From Synechococcus sp. UW140 (GTDB lineage Bacteria > Cyanobacteriota > Cyanobacteriia > PCC-6307 > Cyanobiaceae): a DNA stretch of 41,708 nucleotides. The stretch is from assembly GCA_945878795.1 (NCBI GenBank), contig CAMDWF010000001.1, forward strand, positions 1 to 41,708. The letters run 5' to 3'. Of this stretch, positions 34,216 to 41,708 are shown in pieces. The position numbers were made by a program, and so were the translations under genes. The notes below the pieces were generated by a model. The model searched no databases and was not told where the DNA came from. It was given only the letters and a program-made list of their open reading frames with translations. Each line of letters begins with the position of its first letter. The stretch's first letter is position 1.

Positions 34216-37200
34216 GTGACCCTCACCGTTGACGAGCTGCGCCGCTTCGAGCCATTCAAAGCGCTGCATCCGGAAATCCTCGAACCCTGGCTCTCGGGTT
34301 TTGAGCTCCTGGATTTGGAGTTGGGTGCGGCCCTCCCCACCCGCCTCGATGGTGAACCCTGCAGCCTTTGGCTACTCGATGCGGTGGTGCGGCTGGTAGG
34401 CCCCCATCCCGCTTCGGATGGGGAAGGTAAATCAATCACCTATGGCCTGCTCAGTGGCCCTGAGCTGCTGCAGACCTCCCTGCTGCCCGATCTCACCAGT
34501 TACCGCCTCTCGGTATCGGCGCCAGGCCGCATCTACCGCCTCCCCCAGGCCCAATTCCAGCGGATGGCCCTGGAGCTGCCCTCCCTGGCGGAATGGCTAC
34601 AGCTCCGTCATGAGCTTGCCCAGCTGGGTCCCGTGCTGCCCCACCTGCCCCAGGCGCGTCTGCACCAAGGAGGCAAGGCCTTTCGCACCTGGGTGATGCG
34701 CCTCCACAGCGCAGCCCTCATGCGCACCTGCACCGCCCGCGAGCTCGCCGGCCTGGGCGAGGCCGATGGCCAGTGGTTTTTGTTGCGCAGTTTTCCCGGC
34801 TCGGGCACCACCTTGCAGCTGCCCCCGGGCCTGCCCCTGCCCCAATTGCTGGAACGGGTTCGATCTGAACCCAGCCTCACCCTGCAGCTGGTGCAATTGC
34901 CCCATGCCCTGCTGGGGGCACCCCATCCCGAGTCCCCTGCACCCCAGCCGCTTTCCCCATTCCCTTCCCCAGCTGCCCTTCCCCAGCCAGCCGCCTTTCC
35001 CCAGTCCCCAACCCCAGCAGCTCCAGCCCCCATCTCCGACCCCTGGGGGCAGACCAACAGCCTTCCCCCTGCGCCAGCTCCAGCGCCCTTGGCGCTACCT
35101 GAGCCGATTCCAGGCTCCGATCACCAGGAGCCGCGCCTCGATCCTTCAACGGCTGATGCTCCCGATACCTTCCCTCTCATCCGGGCGGTTGGTCAGGTGC
35201 CGGAGGCGGTGGCCTGCTTCCGCATGCTGGCCAAATCCCTCGGCTTCCCGATCAAGCCCGATGTGCTGGCACGCCTGCTTGAGGAGCAGATCCAACGCAC
35301 CGGTGGCCTGTCGCTGCAGCTCTGCGCTGCCCTGGCTGAATACTTCGGTCTGCAGACCCAGCTGGCCGAGGTTCCCAAGGATTTGATCGAGCGCGTGACC
35401 ACACCCGCCCTCTTGCTGAGCGGCGATGAGTTGTCGGTGCTGTATGCCGTGCGGCCGGGGGAAGTGCTGATTGGCGCCCCTCGCGAGGGGCTGATGACCC
35501 GCAGCGTGGATGAGTTGATGCGCCTGCAGCCGGAAGAGGCCCAGGGCTTGCCCGTGCTGCTGTTGCGCACCCTGCCCACCACCCCCAAATCCCGCTTTGG
35601 CCTCAAGTGGTTTCTGCCCTCCATCAAGAAGAACCGCCGCCCCTTGATTGAGGTGCTGGTGGCCTCCCTGTTTGTGCAGTTGTTCCAACTGATGAATCCG
35701 CTGCTTGTCCAGCAGATCGTCGACAAGGTGATTGGTCAGAACGGCCTCAATACCCTTCCGGTGCTCGCGGTATTGCTGGTGGCCTTTTCGATTTTCGAAA
35801 ACATGCTCACCGCCCTGCGCACCAATTTGTTCGTTGACACCACCAATCGCATCGACCTTTCCCTCGGGGAGGTGATCATCGATCACCTGCTCAAGCTTCC
35901 CCTCGGTTATTTCGACCGGCGCCCCGTCGGTGAGCTTTCCTCCCGTCTCGGTGAAATGGAGAACATCCGTTCTTTTCTTACCGGAACGGCCCTCACGGTG
36001 GTTCTCGATTCCGTGTTCTCGGTGATCTATATCGCCGTGATGCTTCTCTATAGCTGGATTCTTACAATTGTGGCCCTGCTGGTTGTTCCCCTGTTGGCAG
36101 CCATCACGATCGGCATGTCGCCGGTGGTGCGGGCCCAGCTGCGCACCAAGGCCGAGCTGAATGCCCGCACCCAAAGCCACTTGGTGGAGATCTTGAGTGG
36201 TATTCAGACCGTGAAAGCTCAAAACTTTGAACTCAAAGCCCGTTGGAAATGGAAGGAGAACTACGGAAAATTTGTTGCTGAGGGCTTTCGTAATGCGATC
36301 ACCTCCACCTCAGCCAACTCTCTCACCAATTTTCTGAACCAACTTTCAGGCCTTTCAGTGCTTTGCGTGGGGGCTTGGCTGGTGCTGGAAGGTCAACTCA
36401 CCCTCGGCGGTTTAATCGCCTTCCGCATCATTGCTGGCTATGTCACTGGCCCCTTGATGCGCATGGTGCAGCTCTATCAAACGTTTCAGCAAACTGCCCT
36501 ATCCATGGAGCGGCTAGCTGACATCATCGACACCCCGCAGGAATCGGAGCTCGTTGATCGCACCAACATTCCCATGCCCGAGATCCAAGGCCAGATCATC
36601 TACGAAGATCTCAGCTTCCGCTTTGGCCAGGAGGGCCCACTGCAGCTCGCCAATGTGTCGGTGTTGATTGAACCCGGTCAGTTTGTCGGCATCGTCGGTC
36701 AGTCCGGTTCTGGTAAGAGCACCCTCACCAAGTTGCTTCCCCGTCTTTACCCCCCCCTTTCGGGCCGGATTTTTATTGACGGCTTCGACATTGCCAAGGT
36801 GGAGCTCTATTCCCTGCGCCGTCAGATCGGCATCGTTCCCCAGGAATCGCTGCTGTTCGAAGGCACCGTTCAAGACAACATTTCCCTCACCAACCCTGAG
36901 GCCACCAGCGATGAGATCATCGCCGCAGCCAGGATTGCCTGTGCCCATGATTTCATCATGCAGTTGCCGATGGGTTACAACACGCCGGTGGGGGAGCGCG
37001 GCGGCACCCTCAGCGGCGGCCAGCGCCAGCGGATTGCCATCGCCCGCACCGTGCTCCAGAACCCCCGCATTCTGATCATGGATGAGGCCACGAGCGCCCT
37101 GGATGTGGATACGGAGCGCAAGGTGTGCCTCAACCTGATGGAAGCCCTGCGTGGCCGCACCGTGCTGTTCATCACCCATCGCCTCAACACGATTCGCAGC

Positions 37201-37329
37201 GCTGATCGCATCCTGCTCATGCACCAGGGCGCCCTTGTGGAAGATGGCTCCCACCAGGAGCTCACCGATCTGCGTGGCCGTTACTACACCCTGTTTCGCC
37301 AGCAGGAGGCCGCAGGTGAGGCGGCTTGA
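34216..37329 (+). CDS. hlyB: Type I secretion ABC transporter, HlyB-like (degenerate cNMP-binding-like N-terminus, C39-like domain, TMD, NBD)
   Basis: Walker A GQSGSGKST, Q-loop VPQE, signature LSGGQRQR, Walker B ILIMDE, H-loop ITHR; TMD with YFDRRPVGEL; GTG start. Confidence 0.92.
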   Translation: MTLTVDELRRFEPFKALHPEILEPWLSGFELLDLELGAALPTRLDGEPCSLWLLDAVVRLVGPHPASDGEGKSITYGLLSGPELLQTSLLPDLTSYRLSVSAPGRIYRLPQAQFQRMALELPSLAEWLQLRHELAQLGPVLPHLPQARLHQGGKAFRTWVMRLHSAALMRTCTARELAGLGEADGQWFLLRSFPGSGTTLQLPPGLPLPQLLERVRSEPSLTLQLVQLPHALLGAPHPESPAPQPLSPFPSPAALPQPAAFPQSPTPAAPAPISDPWGQTNSLPPAPAPAPLALPEPIPGSDHQEPRLDPSTADAPDTFPLIRAVGQVPEAVACFRMLAKSLGFPIKPDVLARLLEEQIQRTGGLSLQLCAALAEYFGLQTQLAEVPKDLIERVTTPALLLSGDELSVLYAVRPGEVLIGAPREGLMTRSVDELMRLQPEEAQGLPVLLLRTLPTTPKSRFGLKWFLPSIKKNRRPLIEVLVASLFVQLFQLMNPLLVQQIVDKVIGQNGLNTLPVLAVLLVAFSIFENMLTALRTNLFVDTTNRIDLSLGEVIIDHLLKLPLGYFDRRPVGELSSRLGEMENIRSFLTGTALTVVLDSVFSVIYIAVMLLYSWILTIVALLVVPLLAAITIGMSPVVRAQLRTKAELNARTQSHLVEILSGIQTVKAQNFELKARWKWKENYGKFVAEGFRNAITSTSANSLTNFLNQLSGLSVLCVGAWLVLEGQLTLGGLIAFRIIAGYVTGPLMRMVQLYQTFQQTALSMERLADIIDTPQESELVDRTNIPMPEIQGQIIYEDLSFRFGQEGPLQLANVSVLIEPGQFVGIVGQSGSGKSTLTKLLPRLYPPLSGRIFIDGFDIAKVELYSLRRQIGIVPQESLLFEGTVQDNISLTNPEATSDEIIAAARIACAHDFIMQLPMGYNTPVGERGGTLSGGQRQRIAIARTVLQNPRILIMDEATSALDVDTERKVCLNLMEALRGRTVLFITHRLNTIRSADRILLMHQGALVEDGSHQELTDLRGRYYTLFRQQEAAGEAA

Positions 37330-37401
37330 TCGGTTGTCCGTGTTTCCACGCCCTAGTTTATTGAAACTGCCTGTTTGCCCCCATCCCATTTGCCTGTTCC
37401 C

Positions 37402-38235
37402 ATGACCACGACCACTGGGGCGCATCAGCGCTGGGAAACCCGGGTGATTCACCTCAATATCGACAGCACCCCTCCGGCACCGCCCGTGCAGGGTCCCCAG
37501 CAGTCCCCTCCCCCTCAACAAGTACCGCCGCCCGCCCAGAATCCCCTCTTTTCAGAGTCCTACCTCAAGCAGGAGTTCCCAGACCATTACACCGGGGCTG
37601 CTAAGCCTGGAGCTGAGCAGTCGCAGCATCCAGCCGCCCAGCTCCAGGGATTTATCAATGGTTTTGGCCAGGAGGGGTGGGAGTTTATTGGTATCTTCCC
37701 GGTCGGCCAACTGGTGATGATGTTTTTTCGCCGGCCCCAGCTTGAACCCCAGGGACCCCCGGGTGGTCTTGCCCAAGACCCACTCTCCCAGGACCCAGTC
37801 TCGCAAAACCCAGTCTTGCAAGAACAGCCCCTGCTCCAGCAGATCCTCAAACGGTTGGAGGCCCTAGAAGCTGCCCCTTCACCACTTCCCAGCACTCTAC
37901 TTCCCATCGCCCCACTGCCTACCACCCCGCTACATACCACCCCGCTGCCCAATCCCGCGGGCCGGCCCCGCGCCGACGTGCTTCTCCTCAATCCCCTGCA
38001 GCTCCAGCAGCTACCGGCCGAACCTTCCCTGCCTACCACCCACGCAGCCACAGCCCTGGGATTGCGTTCCCCTAGCGCCCTGCTCAACTACGGCTCCCGC
38101 CATGGCTTCCCAATCGGACTGGTGAAGCGGGTAGCCAATGGCATGGCGGCGGTTTATTTAGGCACTGAAAAGCGTCAGGGTGGGGGTAGCCTCAGCCGCC
38201 TCTGGAAGGTGTTGCCGCAGTCGTCCCTGCCGTAA
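37402..38235 (+). CDS. Hypothetical protein: DUF4177-like N-terminal module, Pro-rich linkers, possible C-terminal HTH-like region
   Basis: RWETRVIHL...LQGFINGFGQEGWEFIG...MMFFRRP; LLQQILKRLEALE; LPTTHAATALGLRSPSALLNY; probable ATG at 37402; lies between hlyB and hlyD. Confidence 0.65.
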   Translation: MTTTTGAHQRWETRVIHLNIDSTPPAPPVQGPQQSPPPQQVPPPAQNPLFSESYLKQEFPDHYTGAAKPGAEQSQHPAAQLQGFINGFGQEGWEFIGIFPVGQLVMMFFRRPQLEPQGPPGGLAQDPLSQDPVSQNPVLQEQPLLQQILKRLEALEAAPSPLPSTLLPIAPLPTTPLHTTPLPNPAGRPRADVLLLNPLQLQQLPAEPSLPTTHAATALGLRSPSALLNYGSRHGFPIGLVKRVANGMAAVYLGTEKRQGGGSLSRLWKVLPQSSLP

Positions 38236-38248
38236 CCATGAGCACACG

Positions 38249-39628
38249 ATGAGTTTGAACAAAGACAAGAAATTTCAGCCCGTTCTCTGGTTTAAGACCA
38301 AAGGTCTTCCTGGATTTCAGCAGCGTTCAGGCCGCCTGATTTATCGCCTGACCGCCGATTCATCCCGCCAGCACTGGACCGCACTCCAGCCGAGTACCAG
38401 CTGGAGTCGCTGGATCCTGTGGACCATGGTGGGATTGGCCGGCTTTGGCATTGTCTGGTCGAGCTTCGCCCGCATCGATGAAACCGTGCAGGCCACTGGC
38501 AAGCTCGAGCCCAAAGGGGTGACCAAGGAGGTCAAAGCACCCCTTGGCGGTGTGATTGCCGAAATTCTGGTGCGAGATGGGGATGTGGTGGACAAGGGAC
38601 AGACCCTGCTGATTTTGGATACCGATGCGGCCAAGGCCAAGCTCAAGGCATTGCAAAGTGTGCGTGAGCGAGTTCGTGCTGACCTGGCCTTGAGCCGGGT
38701 GCAGTTGGGAGAGCGGCCCCAGTTGCGAGATTTGAATTCCAACCAGGTTGGCAAATTGGTGGCCCTGCGCGATGAATATGCCAGCCGAATTGATGCCTCG
38801 CGTCAGTCGGTCGTGCAGGCCGAGCGGGCCGTTGATTCAGTCACGGCTCAGTTACGCGCCTCTGAATCCTCCCTGGTGATCCGCAGGCGCATCGTTGATG
38901 ACATCTCACCGCTGGTTAAAGAAGGTGCGATGGCCAGATCCCAGTACCTCAAGGAGTATCAGGAATACATTGCCCTTGAAGGTGATGTGAAAAGCAAGCG
39001 AGCAGAGCTGAAACGCTCCCGATCGGCCCTAGTAGAGGCTCGCCAGAAACTGCTCAACACCATGGCTCTCACCCGTGTTGATTTCAGTTCCAAGATTGAA
39101 GAAGGCCAGAAACAACTAGCTGAACTTGAAAACCAGATTAGTGAAACCAGCCTTACCCTCAAATACCAGAGTATCAAGGCACCTGTCTCTGGTGTGGTGT
39201 TTGATCTCAAGCCAACCTCGCCAGGTTATGTGGTGAGTGGAAATGTGCCCGAACCCGTTCTGAAGATCGTTCCAAATGATCAGCTGGTGGCGAGAATTTT
39301 CATCGCAAACAAGGATATTGGATTCATCAGGACTGGCCAGAAGGTTCAGGTTCGCATTGATGCGTTTCCTTCTAGTGAATTTGGTGATGTTAAGGGCAAT
39401 ATCTCAAAGGTGGGATCTGATGTGTTGCCGCCTGATCAAACCTATAATTTCTTCCGCTTCCCTGTCACTGTGGGCATGGAGCGGAGTTATCTTGATTACC
39501 GTGGCAAAAAGCTGAGACTGGTTTCGGGAATGTCCATAACTGCCAACATCATTCTTCGGCAGCGTCCGGTGATTGCGATCTTCACGCAACAGATCCTGCC
39601 ATTCTGGGATTCCCTCGAAAAGCTCTGA
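38249..39628 (+). CDS. hlyD: Type I secretion membrane fusion protein, HlyD family
   Basis: Single N-terminal TM helix, ATGKLEP, ILVRDGDVVDKGQTL (lipoyl half), coiled coil, IKAPVSGVV, DIGFIRTGQ.V.VRIDAFP..EFG, GMSITANI; ATG at 38249. Confidence 0.93.
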   Translation: MSLNKDKKFQPVLWFKTKGLPGFQQRSGRLIYRLTADSSRQHWTALQPSTSWSRWILWTMVGLAGFGIVWSSFARIDETVQATGKLEPKGVTKEVKAPLGGVIAEILVRDGDVVDKGQTLLILDTDAAKAKLKALQSVRERVRADLALSRVQLGERPQLRDLNSNQVGKLVALRDEYASRIDASRQSVVQAERAVDSVTAQLRASESSLVIRRRIVDDISPLVKEGAMARSQYLKEYQEYIALEGDVKSKRAELKRSRSALVEARQKLLNTMALTRVDFSSKIEEGQKQLAELENQISETSLTLKYQSIKAPVSGVVFDLKPTSPGYVVSGNVPEPVLKIVPNDQLVARIFIANKDIGFIRTGQKVQVRIDAFPSSEFGDVKGNISKVGSDVLPPDQTYNFFRFPVTVGMERSYLDYRGKKLRLVSGMSITANIILRQRPVIAIFTQQILPFWDSLEKL

Positions 39629-39682
39629 CCCCCATCACGTCAGACGTAAGCAGCGCTACGTCGATCTGTTAGTCCCCATACA

Positions 39683-39724
39683 TTTAGCAATCTCTTAACC
39701 AGGGCCACCGTTTCTCTTTAACCA
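39683..39724 (+). promoter_or_regulatory. Putative Pho box (SphR/PhoB site)
   Basis: TTTAGCAA-tct-CTTAACCA (11-bp period, 39683-39701) plus TTTAACCA at 39717-39724; matches cyanobacterial PyTTAAPyPy(T/A) consensus; directly upstream of a phosphatase gene. Confidence 0.7.
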
Positions 39725-39771
39725 ACGGCCTCGGTTCAGGCGCCACTATCGGCCAACGTGCCTTCTCTAAC

Positions 39772-41708
39772 GTGGCCCTGATTTTCGCTTCGCTGAATCC
39801 TTCCGTTGCCGCCGTCAATGGCGCGATCAACGTTTCAGCCCTCGGGGCCAACGCCGAGATCTCTGCCTTCAACCCCGCCAGCGGCTACCTCTACACCGTG
39901 GGTGGCGGCTCCGGCGCCATCGTGGTCAGCGACCTGCGCAACCCAGCTGCCCCGGTGGCCGTGGCCAAGGCCACCCCGGCCGACAGCAGCCAGACCCTGC
40001 AGAGCGCCGCTGTGTACGGCAAGCTCCTGGCCGTTGCTGTTCAGAACAGCGTCAAGACCGATAACGGCTTTGTTCAGTTCTATGACCTGAGCAATCCCGC
40101 GCTGCCGGTTCACATCAGCACCGTCACCGTCGGCGCTTTGCCCGACATGGTGAAGTTCAGCAGCGATGGCAAGAAGCTGCTACTCACCAACGAAGGCGAG
40201 CCGAACACCGCTTACACCATTGATCCGGTGGGTTCGATCTCCCTGATCGACACCAGCGGCTATCTGGCCACCACGCCCGTGGTGCCTGGCCAGTCCCAGG
40301 TGCAGACCGTCGACTTCAGTGCCTGGAACAACCGCAAGGCCGAGCTGAGCAACCGTGGCATTCGCATCACCGGTAAAGCCGGGGTGACCACCACCCTGGC
40401 CCAGGACATCGAGCCTGAGGCGATCGCGATCACCGCCGATGGCAACACGGCCTACGTGTCGCTGCAGGAAAACAATGGCATCGCCGTGCTGGACATCAGC
40501 ACCACCACCCCGAGGATCACCTCGATCTTTTCCGCTGGCATCCAGGACTGGGATCGCGGCGCCGCCAGCGCCAAGAACTACTCCTACACCCTTTCCTACG
40601 CAGCTGGTAACCAGAATCTCCCCTCTGGCGTTCAGGCTGGTGGCCTCTCCGGTCTGTTCTTTGCTGGCACCGAAACCGTCGGCAGCGCAACGCTCGACAT
40701 TTATTACTCGGTGACCGATCGGGGTCCCAATGGGGCGCTGGTTGACGGCAAGCGCCAGTTTCTCGATCCCGACTTCCAGCCCACCATCTACAAGCTGGGC
40801 ATGGACCGCGCCACTGGCGCCGTAACCGAGCTGCGCAAGATTGGCCTGAACCGCGCTGACGGCACTGCCCTGACGGGTCTGCCGCAGCTGCAAGGGAAAG
40901 ACGATGTCCCCATCGATACGGCGAACCAGAACCTTGCCTACGACCCCTTCGGCATCGATTCAGAAACCGTTTCTGTTTTCACGACCAGCATCGGCGGCAC
41001 CTCCCGCCAAGTCTTCGCCGTTGGCGATGAATACCGCGGCCAGATTTCCATCTTTGATTTCACCACTGGAAATCTGATCCAGCGCTTTATCCCAGCTGGC
41101 CAAAAAGCCCAGCTGCAGGCCCAGCACGGCATTGTGATCGGCGCCGAAACAATCGACAGCCTGCCCGCCATCTACGGCAACCGCCAGAGCAACCGCGGCA
41201 TCGAAGGCATGGCCTTCAACTCCAAGGATGGCCTGCTCTATGCCTTTGTGCAGAGCCCCATGGATGTGGACAGCAACGGCGACGGCGTTGCAGAGCGCAG
41301 CCTCTCGCAGATCACCCGGATTTTGGCGATCGATCCCGCCACCGGCACCCCCGTTAAAGAGCATCTCTACCAGCTGAGTGGCCGCGCCGGCCAGGACAAG
41401 ATCGGCGATGTCGCCTATGACGCGACCCGCAATGTGTTCCTGGTGATGGAGCGCGACAGCAGCCGGACCCTGAACGGTTTCAAGAGCGTCTATGAGCTGG
41501 ATCTGCGCGGTGCCACCAACACCCTGCCCCTCACCCTGGGCACACAGGTGAGCGAGGCCGCCCTGCCCGCACAAACATTCCTGGTGGGAACGGAAGGCCG
41601 CGCCGTGTTCCGCGAGGTGATTGATGCGGGTGAGCAAGGCAACAACGGCTATCGCTTCAACGGCATCCCCGATGGCATTGGCGTTACCGACAACGGTGAT
41701 GGCACCCT
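39772..41708 (+). CDS. Multi-domain extracellular alkaline phosphatase/phytase-like protein (choice-of-anchor I, phytase-like esterase, PhoX/DUF839-like start); 3' truncated
   Basis: Frame +1 open from GTG 39772 to the window end (not in ORF track because no stop); AEISAFNP, VGALPDMVKFSSDGKKLL.NEGEP, DIEPE.I...AYVSLQENN; GGLSGL, TDRGPNG, GIDSE, DEY, NRGIEGMA, DKIGD; GIPDGIGVTDNGDGT. Confidence 0.85.
   Translation, partial: MALIFASLNPSVAAVNGAINVSALGANAEISAFNPASGYLYTVGGGSGAIVVSDLRNPAAPVAVAKATPADSSQTLQSAAVYGKLLAVAVQNSVKTDNGFVQFYDLSNPALPVHISTVTVGALPDMVKFSSDGKKLLLTNEGEPNTAYTIDPVGSISLIDTSGYLATTPVVPGQSQVQTVDFSAWNNRKAELSNRGIRITGKAGVTTTLAQDIEPEAIAITADGNTAYVSLQENNGIAVLDISTTTPRITSIFSAGIQDWDRGAASAKNYSYTLSYAAGNQNLPSGVQAGGLSGLFFAGTETVGSATLDIYYSVTDRGPNGALVDGKRQFLDPDFQPTIYKLGMDRATGAVTELRKIGLNRADGTALTGLPQLQGKDDVPIDTANQNLAYDPFGIDSETVSVFTTSIGGTSRQVFAVGDEYRGQISIFDFTTGNLIQRFIPAGQKAQLQAQHGIVIGAETIDSLPAIYGNRQSNRGIEGMAFNSKDGLLYAFVQSPMDVDSNGDGVAERSLSQITRILAIDPATGTPVKEHLYQLSGRAGQDKIGDVAYDATRNVFLVMERDSSRTLNGFKSVYELDLRGATNTLPLTLGTQVSEAALPAQTFLVGTEGRAVFREVIDAGEQGNNGYRFNGIPDGIGVTDNGDGT

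Noticed and set aside
34030-34439. Small minus-strand ORFs upstream of or overlapping hlyB
   Set aside because: No motifs; they overlap the hlyB start; region better explained as non-coding structure
34216-39628. Bacteriocin/RiPP exporter interpretation
   Set aside because: C39 catalytic residues appear absent and no double-glycine or Nif11-type precursor or modifying enzyme is in the window
34216-39628. Absence of tolC as an anomaly
   Set aside because: Cyanobacteria typically encode a single TolC-like channel elsewhere on the chromosome
868-40430. HIP1 octamer GCGATCGC seen at several sites
   Set aside because: Ordinary cyanobacterial feature; by-eye counts too unreliable to claim enrichment or depletion
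39684-41637. ORF-track calls on the minus strand and in alternate frames at the window end
   Set aside because: All overlap the frame +1 phosphatase ORF, which has clear family motifs

Overview
GC-rich picocyanobacterial (Cyanobium/Synechococcus-like) chromosomal segment. Bases 1-8202 are core genes: 3' end of cobI, dusB, a DUF1823-like gene, the der-ecfT-pipX-pipY-sepF-proC cluster, and convergent plsY and a DUF3086-like gene. From 8346 to the window end is a co-oriented secretion/surface-protein locus. In order it encodes: (1) a 4752-aa signal-peptide-less repeat protein without clear RTX repeats; (2) a PpiC/parvulin-type foldase; (3) a ~3415-aa DUF4347/Ig-like/beta-helix/RTX adhesin-like protein; (4) an HlyB-type ABC exporter with an inactive C39-like domain; (5) a small DUF4177-like protein with a possible C-terminal HTH; (6) an HlyD adaptor; (7) a Pho-box-preceded multi-domain phosphatase running off the window end, which is absent from the ORF track. 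The best unexplained signals are a 20-bp-period motif array upstream of hlyB whose core recurs inverted just downstream of hlyB (in front of the putative HTH gene), a strongly structured hlyB leader, and the unusual repeat families of the 4752-aa protein. All family assignments are from motif recognition by eye; no searches were run.
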